A stretch of DNA of 64,000 nt, from the NCBI GenBank assembly GCA_024720975.1, contig JANJXX010000002.1, positions 32,001 to 96,000 of the forward strand, given 5' to 3'. The translations under genes were made by a program, and so were the position numbers. This DNA is from Thermoproteota archaeon (GTDB lineage: Archaea > Asgardarchaeota > Njordarchaeia > Njordarchaeales > Panguiarchaeaceae). Shown here in pieces: positions 48,377-57,500 of this stretch. The notes below the pieces were generated by a model. The model searched no databases. It was not told the origin of the DNA and saw only the letters and a list, made by a program, of their open reading frames with translations. The number at the start of each line of letters is the position of its first letter. The first letter of the stretch is position 1.

Positions 48377-49429
48377 TTGGGCGTGAAATTAGGACCGTTA
48401 TTCAAAGAGAAAGGAATAGAGGGCCAAGTCATAGAGAACTTAAGTTCACTAGAAGGAAAGGTCATGGCTATAGATGGACTTGTGACTCTTTATGAAATGC
48501 TCTCGATAATCAGAGACCGCGAGGGAAGACCCCTCAGAGACTCCCAAGGAAGGATAACGTCTCATTTAGTTGGACTCTTCAATAGAACCTGCCGCATGCT
48601 TGCCTTGGGAATTAAACCCATTTATGTCTTTGATGGACCACCGCACCCACTCAAACTTAGAACAATAGAGGAACGCCAAATTAGACGAGAAGAAGCCGAA
48701 CAAAGATACGTTGAAGCTCTTACTCGAGGTGATTTTGAAGAAGCAAGAAAGTATGCGAAGCAAGCTGCGAGGATCGAAGATTACATGGTAACTACAGCTA
48801 AGCAGCTATTAGAGTATCTAGGTGTACCAATAGTACAAGCGCCCCACGATGGGGAGGCCCAAGCTGCGTTTATAGCCCGGAAGGGAGACGCCTACGCGGT
48901 AGGTTCACCTGACTATGATTCATTTCTCTACAGCGCACCTAGAGTAGTAAGAGGATTGAGAATCACCAAAGGCGGAGGCCGTAAAGGAGAAGAAGAAACT
49001 AGAGAGTACACTCTCGATGATGTTCTGAGAAAATTAAATCTAACCCATGAGCAATTGGTTGATCTAGCGATTCTTATAGGTACAGATTTTAATCCTGACG
49101 GCTTTCCCGGAATCGGACCAAAGCGTGCTTACGAATATATCACACGATACGGAAGTCTGGAGCGAATTGTTAAGCTGGATTTAGTCAAATGGAATTATCC
49201 GTTTGACATAAATGAAATACGGTCTGTTTTTCTAACACCACCTGTTACAACTAACTACAGAATAGTGTTCAAAGAACCAAATCGAGAAAAAATAATCGAG
49301 CTTCTAGTAGAGGAGCACGACTTTAGTTTAGAACGTGTTAATAATGAGCTAGAGCCTGTATTGAGACGGATAGAGAGAGAAAGCAAGGTGGGCCGTCAGG
49401 TTAGCCTATTTGACTTTTTTAACAGGTAA
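48377..49429 (+). CDS. fen: Flap endonuclease 1
   Basis: MGVKL, GRITSHLVG, YVFDG, APHDGEAQAA, ILIGTDFN, PIP box QVSLFDFF. Confidence 0.97.
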   Translation: MGVKLGPLFKEKGIEGQVIENLSSLEGKVMAIDGLVTLYEMLSIIRDREGRPLRDSQGRITSHLVGLFNRTCRMLALGIKPIYVFDGPPHPLKLRTIEERQIRREEAEQRYVEALTRGDFEEARKYAKQAARIEDYMVTTAKQLLEYLGVPIVQAPHDGEAQAAFIARKGDAYAVGSPDYDSFLYSAPRVVRGLRITKGGGRKGEEETREYTLDDVLRKLNLTHEQLVDLAILIGTDFNPDGFPGIGPKRAYEYITRYGSLERIVKLDLVKWNYPFDINEIRSVFLTPPVTTNYRIVFKEPNREKIIELLVEEHDFSLERVNNELEPVLRRIERESKVGRQVSLFDFFNR

Positions 49430-49449
49430 CTCTTAATCACTGTTAGCAA

Positions 49450-49728
49450 TTATTCTGCGAGTATTTTACCATTTCCCAAAAGTAACCTATCACAAAAATT
49501 TCTCAACAGTTCCTCAATGTTAACTTTTAGCAAAGTCGCTAGGATCACCATCTCTAAGAATGCTCCCTCTAAATACTTGTTTATCACATCGGAATCGAAG
49601 TTAGATTCCATTTGAATTTCACTAGCTAAACGTTTAGCATCTGCTAAAAACTCTTCAATGCTAGAAGACCCTTCCCAAAGTAACTTTCTTATGAAGTTCT
49701 GGAATTCGCTAATTTTCAACTTACGCAC
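49450..49728 (-). CDS. Degenerate MazG-like small helical protein
   Basis: KISEFQNFI...LATLLKVNIEELL framework of small archaeal MazG proteins, but the EExxE metal motif is not intact. Confidence 0.4.
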   Translation of the reverse strand: MRKLKISEFQNFIRKLLWEGSSSIEEFLADAKRLASEIQMESNFDSDVINKYLEGAFLEMVILATLLKVNIEELLRNFCDRLLLGNGKILAE

Positions 49729-49805
49729 CGGTAACCATATGCATGATTTAATTAAAAAGGAAGTGTTACATCTAGGTTATTCCTAGATATATCCCGAATT
49801 ACCTG

Positions 49806-50375
49806 CTACCTAGATATAACATCCATCCTCCTAAGTCGCAAACTAACCTCAAATTTAAGTGTGCTTTCTATATTGTAGTACGTTATATCACCGTCTTGAT
49901 CGACTATTGCTAAGGTAAGAATTTTTCCATCATTCTTTGCAGTCTCTAGGGCATCATAGAGGGCACGAATCGGAATACTTTTTTCAGATGGTACAATCAT
50001 CACATAGTATTTAGACTTTGACAATAGAGGATCCGATTCCCTCTCAAATACTTCGAAATCTATTGAGCCAAGGTTTATTGTTCTTGCAATAAATCGTTTC
50101 TCTCGCAAGTCCACGTAAACTGTAAGCTTCAGAGGAAATAGCGGGTCATTTTCGGAGGATTTTTTGATGATCTCTTCAAATGTTAACTCTGGATTTAAGC
50201 TTATCCTATTCTTGAAAATTAGGTATGCTACCTCTATGGGACTTAAAATAACTTTGCTTCCTTCTGCATTACCAAAACCTTCAGCTACCAAGATACGCCA
50301 ATTAATGTTCTCCTCTTTGTCCAGAAAGAATGTATCCATAGCAGCTCTCACGATAAATTTAGACAATTTGATCAC
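49806..50375 (-). CDS. endA: tRNA-intron endonuclease, probably the non-catalytic (structural) subunit
   Basis: LSPIEVAYL, VYVDLRE, DFEVF, AIVDQDGDITYY; catalytic Tyr and His positions are not conserved. Confidence 0.8.
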   Translation of the reverse strand: MIKLSKFIVRAAMDTFFLDKEENINWRILVAEGFGNAEGSKVILSPIEVAYLIFKNRISLNPELTFEEIIKKSSENDPLFPLKLTVYVDLREKRFIARTINLGSIDFEVFERESDPLLSKSKYYVMIVPSEKSIPIRALYDALETAKNDGKILTLAIVDQDGDITYYNIESTLKFEVSLRLRRMDVISR

Positions 50376-50968
50376 TCTTTATCTCTGCACTTTATTAGAT
50401 TCCTCACTATATTCCACATGTCCTCGCTGATAATCTCAGGATCACGATTTGCGTTTATAATTCTAATTTCGATTTTCAACTCCCTGAGTATCTCTGGCAT
50501 CCTTAGGTAAATAGTTCTCACTTGCTCAAGAAACTCTTTATTCTCAAACGTGTCTTTTCTCTTTAATCTCTTCAGCGCTGTTTCTGGATCTACGTCAAGT
50601 ATTATCACTACGTCCGGTATAGGAAATTCCGAGTGATCCATCAATATTCGACTTATTGGTATTCCTTGAGCTCCCTGATAAGCGATTGTCGATATGTAAT
50701 AACGGTCCAAGATTACTATGTATCCTAGATCAAGAAGCTTCCTTATGTTCCTTGCATTAAGTTTTCTATCTCTTAGAAAGAGCTCATATAACTCCATTGG
50801 TGAGTAGTTTCCACTTTTTATTTTATCCCTAATGATTTTACCGTATACCCCAACAGTTGGTTCAATTAGGAGTGCTACCTTGCAACCGGCTCTAGCAATT
50901 CTTTCAAACAACAACCTCGCTTGAGTCGTCTTCCCACTACCGTCAATGCCTTCTATTACTATAATCAT
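50372..50968 (-). CDS. tmk: Thymidylate kinase
   Basis: IEGIDGSGKTT, ILDRYYISTIAYQ, PDVVIILD. Confidence 0.95.
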   Translation of the reverse strand: MIIVIEGIDGSGKTTQARLLFERIARAGCKVALLIEPTVGVYGKIIRDKIKSGNYSPMELYELFLRDRKLNARNIRKLLDLGYIVILDRYYISTIAYQGAQGIPISRILMDHSEFPIPDVVIILDVDPETALKRLKRKDTFENKEFLEQVRTIYLRMPEILRELKIEIRIINANRDPEIISEDMWNIVRNLIKCRDKE

Positions 50969-51038
50969 AGCCTTAGCCTCTAAAATAGATAGTGACAAGA
51001 ATACTCAAACTAGCATTGTATAGCGATAATAAACATGA

Positions 51039-52253
51039 GTGAATTTTATGGTTGAATATTTAAACGAAACAACACAGTTTGACGGGATTTACCTGCGAAA
51101 AATACGAGAAGGGGGAACATTTTACTGGATACCTGATCCCCAGTACTATGCAAAACCAGGTCATTATCTGCCATCTGAACTGCCCGTGTTCTACAATCCC
51201 ATGATGGAACTCAACAGGGATTTGTCAATCCTAACGCTTGCAACTTATCTAAAGATCACCGACAAAGAGCCTGAGGACTTAACGTATGTGGAACTACTCG
51301 CTGGTACCGGAATACGAGGATTTAGAGTTTTGAATGAAGTTGGAACCCTTAATGTTATTCTTAATGACCTAGACATAAACTGTGTAAGACTCATGCATTT
51401 TAATGCAAAGTTCTTTCCCACTGATATTCAGAGCCATGCAACTATATTGAACTATGAGGCGAATCACTTACTTAGTTCGATTAAGTTATGGAAGAAATCA
51501 GTGGATGCTATAGATATAGATCCCTTCGGAACGCCAGCTCCATTTCTAGATTCTGCCGTGAGGGCTACAAAGAGAAAACTTGGCCTATTGTTATTGACAG
51601 CAACAGACACATCTGCTCTAATAGGGAAGTTTCCACAGTCCGCTAGAAGAAAGTATGGAGTTTATTTAAAGGCTGTGCCATTCTGCAATGAAATTGCTGT
51701 CCGCGCGCTTATATATCACGCGCTTAGCGTTGCTACAAAATACAGAATCGGGCTGAGGCCTCTATTCGGATTCTTCTTTACGAACTTTATAAAGGTTGCG
51801 CTTCTTACAGTGCCTGGAAGAAAAGCTTCAGATGTACTCCTCGAGAAGAAGTCTGGATGGTTAAAAATAGAAGGGACAAAGATAGAGACTTTAGAAAGGC
51901 CTCGTGGCACTCTAGATGGAGATCTAATAGGTCCGATATGGCTTGATACAATGTATGATGAGGAGTTTATAAAAGAGGTCTTAGGAGTTTTAAACAAGGT
52001 GCCTATAGGTGCTACGTCAAGAACAAAGCTAGAGACCTGGTTTAAGGCAGAGCTTAAAACTGCGTCTATACCCTTCTACTATGATATCGAACTAATAGCA
52101 TCAAATCTCAAAAAGTCTACCCCCAAAATAAGGGAAGTTATTGCAGAACTGCAAAGGTTGGGTTTTATTGCAGAGAGAACACACTTTAGTCCTAAGGCTG
52201 TTAAGACAAATGCTCCACCGGAAATTTTAATTGAAATCATCAAGAGGCTTTAG
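51039..52253 (+). CDS. trm1: tRNA (guanine-26) N2,N2-dimethyltransferase
   Basis: PVFYNPMMELNRDLS, AGTGIRG, IDIDPFGTP, TATDT, RTHFSPKAVKTNAP. Confidence 0.95.
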   Translation: MNFMVEYLNETTQFDGIYLRKIREGGTFYWIPDPQYYAKPGHYLPSELPVFYNPMMELNRDLSILTLATYLKITDKEPEDLTYVELLAGTGIRGFRVLNEVGTLNVILNDLDINCVRLMHFNAKFFPTDIQSHATILNYEANHLLSSIKLWKKSVDAIDIDPFGTPAPFLDSAVRATKRKLGLLLLTATDTSALIGKFPQSARRKYGVYLKAVPFCNEIAVRALIYHALSVATKYRIGLRPLFGFFFTNFIKVALLTVPGRKASDVLLEKKSGWLKIEGTKIETLERPRGTLDGDLIGPIWLDTMYDEEFIKEVLGVLNKVPIGATSRTKLETWFKAELKTASIPFYYDIELIASNLKKSTPKIREVIAELQRLGFIAERTHFSPKAVKTNAPPEILIEIIKRL

Positions 52254-52312
52254 AGCTCAGTCTGCCCATCGCCGCTCATGAATTTTCACACAAGGCTGAA
52301 TTCATCATCGCC
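52254..52312 (-). ncRNA. Box C/D guide sRNA with a 16S rRNA guide
   Basis: ATGATGA-ATTCAGCCTTGT-GTGA-AAATTC-ATGAGCG-GCGATGGGCAGA-CTGA; the first guide is complementary to conserved SSU CAAGGCUGAA. Confidence 0.75.
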
Positions 52313-52321
52313 GGGTTACTT

Positions 52322-52555
52322 TTATTCTGCCACTTGTATCATTAGAACGTTAGAACCTCGAAGCAGTATTGTACCCCATTTCCGTAAAACGTCTCCTTTG
52401 TCATTTACCTCCTTAGCATCAACTATCATTATGTTCATGACTTCATCAACACTAAGCACCAGTCCTTCTATGATTGTACCGTCTTTTAGCCATACTTTGA
52501 TGTGCTTGTTTATAGATTTTCGAAGTATGGCGAGAGGAAGGTTTGAGGATGTCAT
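52322..52555 (-). CDS. Second Sm-like protein (SmAP/Lsm)
   Basis: VWLKDGTIIEG...DEVMNI, ILLRGSNV. Confidence 0.9.
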   Translation of the reverse strand: MTSSNLPLAILRKSINKHIKVWLKDGTIIEGLVLSVDEVMNIMIVDAKEVNDKGDVLRKWGTILLRGSNVLMIQVAE

Positions 52556-52578
52556 TAAAAAGCACCGATATCCGAGTT

Positions 52579-52917
52579 TTAACCAAATAATGCAGCCAAA
52601 CCAGCGAGAGATTCTTCTTCCTTCTTCTCCTCTTTCTTCTTCTCTTCAGCAGCGGCAGGGGCAGGAGCTTGAGGTGCAGCAGTTGGAGCAGGAGTAGCAA
52701 CCATAGGCGCAGCGACAACTGGTGCTTGTTTGGCTCGTTCTATTATCTCACTGAGATTTACTCTGCCTATTGCTGTAACAATTGCTTTTATGTAACCTTC
52801 TTCAAAGTCCGTCACACCAGCAGCTTTAAGGACATTCTTAATGCCTTCTTCATCTATCCTCTTTCCAGCATAGTGAAGTAATAATGCCGCGTGTAGATAT
52901 ACCATTCCAGATGTCAT
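52579..52917 (-). CDS. rpl12: 50S ribosomal protein L12 (P1)
   Basis: YLHAALLLH, VLKAAGV, Ala/Pro hinge, EEESLAGLAALFG. Confidence 0.97.
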   Translation of the reverse strand: MTSGMVYLHAALLLHYAGKRIDEEGIKNVLKAAGVTDFEEGYIKAIVTAIGRVNLSEIIERAKQAPVVAAPMVATPAPTAAPQAPAPAAAEEKKKEEKKEEESLAGLAALFG

Positions 52918-53131
52918 TCTAATCTCCTGATGATAGCGATAGTGATCAGGACATTATATGTTGATATTTGCCCTAATAAAAACCTCAATAATAAACAAAA
53001 TTATAATGAACTCCATCCTTTAAAAATAGATGGAGAATGCACATTTGTCGTTTGGCTAGAGATTGCGTATTATCCAGGTAACACTCTCGAGTATGCTAAG
53101 GTTTTAATGCGTTCCCATTTCCAAATGAAAT

Positions 53132-54145
53132 GTGAATGAAATGCCCGAGGAGAAAATAAAACTACTTAGGTGCGAGAGCTTAGAAGAAACTATTCGATAC
53201 CTAAAATCATCTGATATACGTGATGATTCCAAGCAGTACATTCTCATGTTCATTGATGAGCTTAAAATAAAGGGTTTCAGTCAGTTTAGGATAATGGCTT
53301 ATGCTCTTACATTAATAGAGTTCGCAAAGATTGTGAACAAGAGCTTTAATGAGCTTACAGCTGCAGATTTCAGATACTATGTTAATGTTCTGCTAAACGA
53401 AAAACACAACAAACACAGTACTATTAGGGAAAAAATGATGCGCATAAGAGTTTTCATGCGGTGGCTTTTAGATCTTCCGCCAAGAACGACTCCTGACCCA
53501 ATGAAATGGTTTTTCACTATAAGCCCTAAAGCTACTAAAGGGAATAAAATTCTAGAAATTCTAGAGAAAGTAATCGACGACTACGAATATAATGCGCTAT
53601 TGAATGCGGCTAGGAGGTTGAGAGATAAAGCCCTTTTACAATTCTTATATGAGACGGGATCGAGAATTCTAGAGGCATTAGAGGTTCGTATCAAGGACGT
53701 TAACGTTGAAGAGAACTACGCAATAGTTGGCGGAGGAAAACGATTAGTTCCGATCGTAAACTCTGAATGGGTTAAAAAGTGGCTTGAAGAACATCCTCAA
53801 AGGCATTTACCAGAAGCTTACCTGTTCTGTAGTTTAAGGAACCCTAAGAAACCCCTCAGTTATCCTGCTGTAAGAAGGCTTCTAAAGCGGTTAGCTAAAA
53901 TTGCTCATCTCAAAAAGAGAGTTACCTGCCACATGTTCAGGCATACACGCGCAACACTTCTGGCGAAATTCGGCGTTTCACCTTATGCAATGAACCAAGT
54001 GATGGGTTGGAGCGCCTCAACGAAAATGTGGCAGGTTTATTTACACATAACACAAAAAGATGCCCTGCGAGAAATTCTCGAAAAATTCAGTAGACGCCAT
54101 GGCAATTCCGCAGAAAATACGACAAGAACCGACAAATCCACTTAG
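53132..54145 (+). CDS. Tyrosine recombinase/integrase
   Basis: RDKAL, YETGSRILE, HMFRH, MGW, terminal QVYLH; N-terminal SAM-like domain. Confidence 0.92.
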   Translation: MNEMPEEKIKLLRCESLEETIRYLKSSDIRDDSKQYILMFIDELKIKGFSQFRIMAYALTLIEFAKIVNKSFNELTAADFRYYVNVLLNEKHNKHSTIREKMMRIRVFMRWLLDLPPRTTPDPMKWFFTISPKATKGNKILEILEKVIDDYEYNALLNAARRLRDKALLQFLYETGSRILEALEVRIKDVNVEENYAIVGGGKRLVPIVNSEWVKKWLEEHPQRHLPEAYLFCSLRNPKKPLSYPAVRRLLKRLAKIAHLKKRVTCHMFRHTRATLLAKFGVSPYAMNQVMGWSASTKMWQVYLHITQKDALREILEKFSRRHGNSAENTTRTDKST

Positions 54146-54203
54146 ACACTTTTAAATTTTAAAAAATCCAGATAACATTAAATAGCATGATACACGAAAG
54201 AAA

Positions 54204-54286
54204 GCGGGGGTTCCGGAGTGGTCAAACGGGCGGGACTTAGGATCCCGTGGTGAATGCCTACGCGGGTTCGAATCCCGCCCCCCGCA
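54204..54286 (+). tRNA. tRNA-Leu(UAG)
   Basis: GCGGGGG acceptor; arm CGGGA-CT-TAG-GA-TCCCG; long variable arm. Confidence 0.95.
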
Positions 54287-54315
54287 TTATATTATATTAA
54301 CATTGAGCTAAGTTA

Positions 54316-54388
54316 GGGCCGGTTGCCTAGAGGTTATGGCGTCCCGCTCACAACGGGAAGGTCGGCGGTTCAAATCCGCCCCGGCCCA
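54316..54388 (+). tRNA. tRNA-Val(CAC)
   Basis: GGGCCGG acceptor; arm TCCCG-CT-CAC-AA-CGGGA. Confidence 0.95.
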
Positions 54389-54527
54389 TCCTCGCTTTTG
54401 ACCCCCCAACTAGTACTCTACTGGGCTTCCGTATTACCTGCAATAGGTTATCGGATATACTTAGATCTTAGACAAAATTAAAAATAATCCTGGTACTTAT
54501 AATTCTCGGTTATGGCAACAACCTCAT

Positions 54528-55019
54528 ATGATCGTGAGAAGAATGGTTGACACTGCCGAGCTAGATAAAAGGCTTCAAGAAATTTATGATGAATTAGATA
54601 AAGCTGTTAGAGAAATCGCTGAGAAGATAGGAAATGTCAAGCTTGTGGTAGCCTCTGTTTGTGGAAATCCTGTGGCCAGTTATTCCGATTCACCTTTAAG
54701 TGTAGATGAACTCAACGCAATCTCAAGCTTGTTGGATGGAACTCTTGAGGGACTCCAGACTCTTTTTACGCAAGTTTTAAGACTAAATTTAAGCTTTGAA
54801 AATGATTTCTTATTTCTTGAGAGTCCAGATTCAATACTAGTCCTCCTCAACATAAGTGGTGCATCACTATTAGTCCACGCAAGCAAACCCGTCCTACTCG
54901 GAACCGTGCGTGCAGTTATCAAAAGCTATCTGCCAAAGATAAAAAGACTTCTTGATGAACTTCAGAATCTCCAAAACAGACTTCTTGCCGTTGAAGCCCT
55001 CAGAAAGAAAGAAGTTTGA
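54528..55019 (+). CDS. Roadblock/LC7-fold protein
   Basis: VVASVCGNPVAS, long helix, FLFLES...ILVLL, LLVHASKPVLLGTV. Confidence 0.75.
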   Translation: MIVRRMVDTAELDKRLQEIYDELDKAVREIAEKIGNVKLVVASVCGNPVASYSDSPLSVDELNAISSLLDGTLEGLQTLFTQVLRLNLSFENDFLFLESPDSILVLLNISGASLLVHASKPVLLGTVRAVIKSYLPKIKRLLDELQNLQNRLLAVEALRKKEV

Positions 55020-55058
55020 TTAAAGCCGGCGCGCCTCAGCATATAAGGGTAGAAAATT

Positions 55059-55619
55059 TTAATTCAGAGGCTTTATTCTAGCATTTCTCTCAACAAGAAG
55101 TTCGTAGTTCTTCTGAGGAATGTTGATTATTGCCTTTTCTCTCAAGCCTCTATAATTCACTCCATCGAGACCCACTAAGTTTTTCAGGCTACTTTGGGTC
55201 AAAATTAACTTGCGTTCCATTTTCCTATCCACGCTAACGTTAACTCGGATTTTCTCGAGCGGATCTTCCGCAACCTTAACTTCTTCTTCGATATTTTGGA
55301 GAGTTCTACTGAGAGTTTCTATCAATACTTCTTCTTCGGGTAGCATATTCCCATAGATCCTACGTTGCAGAAGTGCTGATAAAAGTATTTTCAACCTTCT
55401 GATTAGCCTTATATCGTTTAATATCCATTGAATAATCTTGTTGCATATTAAGTAAGCCTCCCTATGAATTTCGTCCGCATCCTCTGATAACTTTGGGGAG
55501 CCGCTTATTAGAGACCGCAGTCTAGAGAGTAACTCGAGATTAATAGTTTGGAGTTCACTTTCCTCTAATTCCTTCATCCAGATTAATTTTAAGTTTGCTA
55601 GAAGTTCAAGAAAATTCAT
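55059..55619 (-). CDS. GINS subunit (Gins51/15 type)
   Basis: ELEESELQ, RRLKIL, NMLPEE, VGLDGVNY, C-terminal B domain. Confidence 0.8.
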   Translation of the reverse strand: MNFLELLANLKLIWMKELEESELQTINLELLSRLRSLISGSPKLSEDADEIHREAYLICNKIIQWILNDIRLIRRLKILLSALLQRRIYGNMLPEEEVLIETLSRTLQNIEEEVKVAEDPLEKIRVNVSVDRKMERKLILTQSSLKNLVGLDGVNYRGLREKAIINIPQKNYELLVERNARIKPLN

Positions 55620-55655
55620 TTTAACCTACTTCTGTTTCAAATATCACTCAATGAT

Positions 55656-56462
55656 CTATGTGATCCCAAATTCTTCAGTCTCAGGCTTAAAGTGCTCTTC
55701 TTTTTTATAACGAGCTTCCTCTTGAGCTTTTAGTTCTATAAGTCTTGCAATCTCAAGCTTTATTCGTTCATCGAATATTGTAGTATCAATACCAAGACCA
55801 AAGACATCGATGATTCGTCTAGCTAGCTTTAAAGCTGCAATGTTATCTATGTAACCAGTTCGGGCATACGTGGGAGCTAGTAAACTCACGGCCGGAATTC
55901 CTTTCAACTCCGCTAACATCAGAAAGGTAGCTATTCCACCCGACACAACAACTCCGGGGGGTGACTTCTTTAAGTTCCACATGATTAATTTAGAGTCGAG
56001 TAATGACTTGAAGATTGAGTTACTCGTATAGACTGCATCTACACCTTCATGCTCGCCAGGTGGAAACACCTTTATGTCTATTCCTCCTGCAAGGACGATT
56101 ATCATCCCGTATTTTTTCACGAAATCTGTTATTTTGTCTGCTATATTCACATGTAGATCGCTTGGTAGTTGGAAACGCGTGAGCAGAACGCACGCATTAT
56201 TGCTTATCTTGTAGAGCTCTATTGGATAATTAAAAGTACCAGAATCATTGACTTCGACCATAGGTGGGAGATTCATTGACCACACAAAACCTACTCGCTG
56301 GAGACTACCAGTTTCTAGCGCAGCTTCGCAAAGATACTTAGATACCAAATATCCACAAAGTCCTAAGCCGTAGAAACCAGTTATCAGGTATTTTATCCCG
56401 TTTAATGCATTGTAGTCTTCGATTATTATTTCAATGGTACCGTTTTTGAATGCTGCTCCCAA
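55656..56462 (-). CDS. PAC2-family proteasome assembly chaperone
   Basis: LITGFYGLGLCGYL, PIELY, VSGGIA, GIPAVSLL, GIDTT. Confidence 0.85.
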   Translation of the reverse strand: MGAAFKNGTIEIIIEDYNALNGIKYLITGFYGLGLCGYLVSKYLCEAALETGSLQRVGFVWSMNLPPMVEVNDSGTFNYPIELYKISNNACVLLTRFQLPSDLHVNIADKITDFVKKYGMIIVLAGGIDIKVFPPGEHEGVDAVYTSNSIFKSLLDSKLIMWNLKKSPPGVVVSGGIATFLMLAELKGIPAVSLLAPTYARTGYIDNIAALKLARRIIDVFGLGIDTTIFDERIKLEIARLIELKAQEEARYKKEEHFKPETEEFGIT

Positions 56463-56478
56463 CTAATTTACACCAATT

Positions 56479-57090
56479 TCATGCAAATTCTAGTTCTGAT
56501 AACGCCTTCAAAAGATCTTTCTCTTTCTTCTTAAGTTCTTCAGATGATACAGGTTTGCTCTCTTCACCCTCAGGGGAGACTTCTGGTACTCCCGATTCCT
56601 CAACTGGTGGTACTTCGCTTACTCCGAGTTTCTCTATGTTCCCTAATTGCTCAAGACGCTCTAAGTACTTCTCTAGATCAAAATCTTCCGAAGCCTTCTT
56701 CTCCGGTGCAACTGGCTCTCTTTGCTCTGTGATGATACCCGTTTCTGCGCGTGTTGTGGTAGGTGCTGGAGCAAATTCAATAGACTTTTCTTCAATTGTA
56801 AGCTCTTCTAGTGTCGGAATTTCAGTTGGAAGTTCAACACGCTTTGTTTCAGCAATTTTGGGTTGGCTTAAAGCTGGTATACCTGGCATCGCCTGGCGCT
56901 CAATTATGGATATTTTGGCCTTTATCGTATCTACATCAGCCTTTAGTGTCTCTACTTTTTTCTCTATTTTTTCAAGACGATCTTTTTGATTTTTGATTTC
57001 TTGTACAATTATCTTAAGGTACTTCTTCACTCTTTCAACGAATTCTTCTAGGGACATCTTCTTTTTGTCTGGTTTTTTTGACATACCCAT
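56479..57090 (-). CDS. Coiled-coil protein with acidic/Pro-rich disordered tail
   Basis: Heptad-rich N-terminal ~65 aa, E/P-rich linker, two short amphipathic helices. Confidence 0.7.
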   Translation of the reverse strand: MGMSKKPDKKKMSLEEFVERVKKYLKIIVQEIKNQKDRLEKIEKKVETLKADVDTIKAKISIIERQAMPGIPALSQPKIAETKRVELPTEIPTLEELTIEEKSIEFAPAPTTTRAETGIITEQREPVAPEKKASEDFDLEKYLERLEQLGNIEKLGVSEVPPVEESGVPEVSPEGEESKPVSSEELKKKEKDLLKALSELEFA

Positions 57091-57138
57091 GACCCATAAG
57101 CAGAATTTTAATAATCACTCAACAAATATAAAATGCAG

Positions 57139-57480
57139 TTAAGTTTGTTTAAAAGCTTCTAAATTTGTATTCTCTTGAGTTCGATTCACCTGGCATGTGG
57201 AGTCTTCTTTAACAATTTTTAAAGAGCTCAAGACTAATCCCACCGCAACGAGAAAATCATCGACTGTACGAAGTAATGTCAAAATCCTGTCGACAGGTCT
57301 ACGCTTAGTCTTCACTTGCAATGCAACCTCATTACCACGAGCTAGTTGTTTTAGGTATAAGTCCTCAAACTCAACATTACTTTCCGGCAGTGTGGCTATA
57401 TTGATCGTATTTGTGTACTCTTCTGTCGATTTTATTCTTACCTCGATCTCTATCTCCTCCAAGACGTTAGTTGTGTCCAT
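57139..57480 (-). CDS. pcc1: KEOPS subunit Pcc1-like
   Basis: ATLPES...LLRTVDDFL pattern; sits next to a DHH gene as in many archaea. Confidence 0.65.
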   Translation of the reverse strand: MDTTNVLEEIEIEVRIKSTEEYTNTINIATLPESNVEFEDLYLKQLARGNEVALQVKTKRRPVDRILTLLRTVDDFLVAVGLVLSSLKIVKEDSTCQVNRTQENTNLEAFKQT

Positions 57481-57500
57481 ACTGTCGATACCTTTTTTAA

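Noticed and set aside
49770-49788. 7-bp inverted repeat ATCTAGG-N5-CCTAGAT after endA
   Set aside because: A single short hairpin is not enough to call a terminator or operator.
52930-53139. 69-aa ORF upstream of the integrase
   Set aside because: It spans the divergent promoter region of rpl12 and the integrase and has no motif or clear SD.
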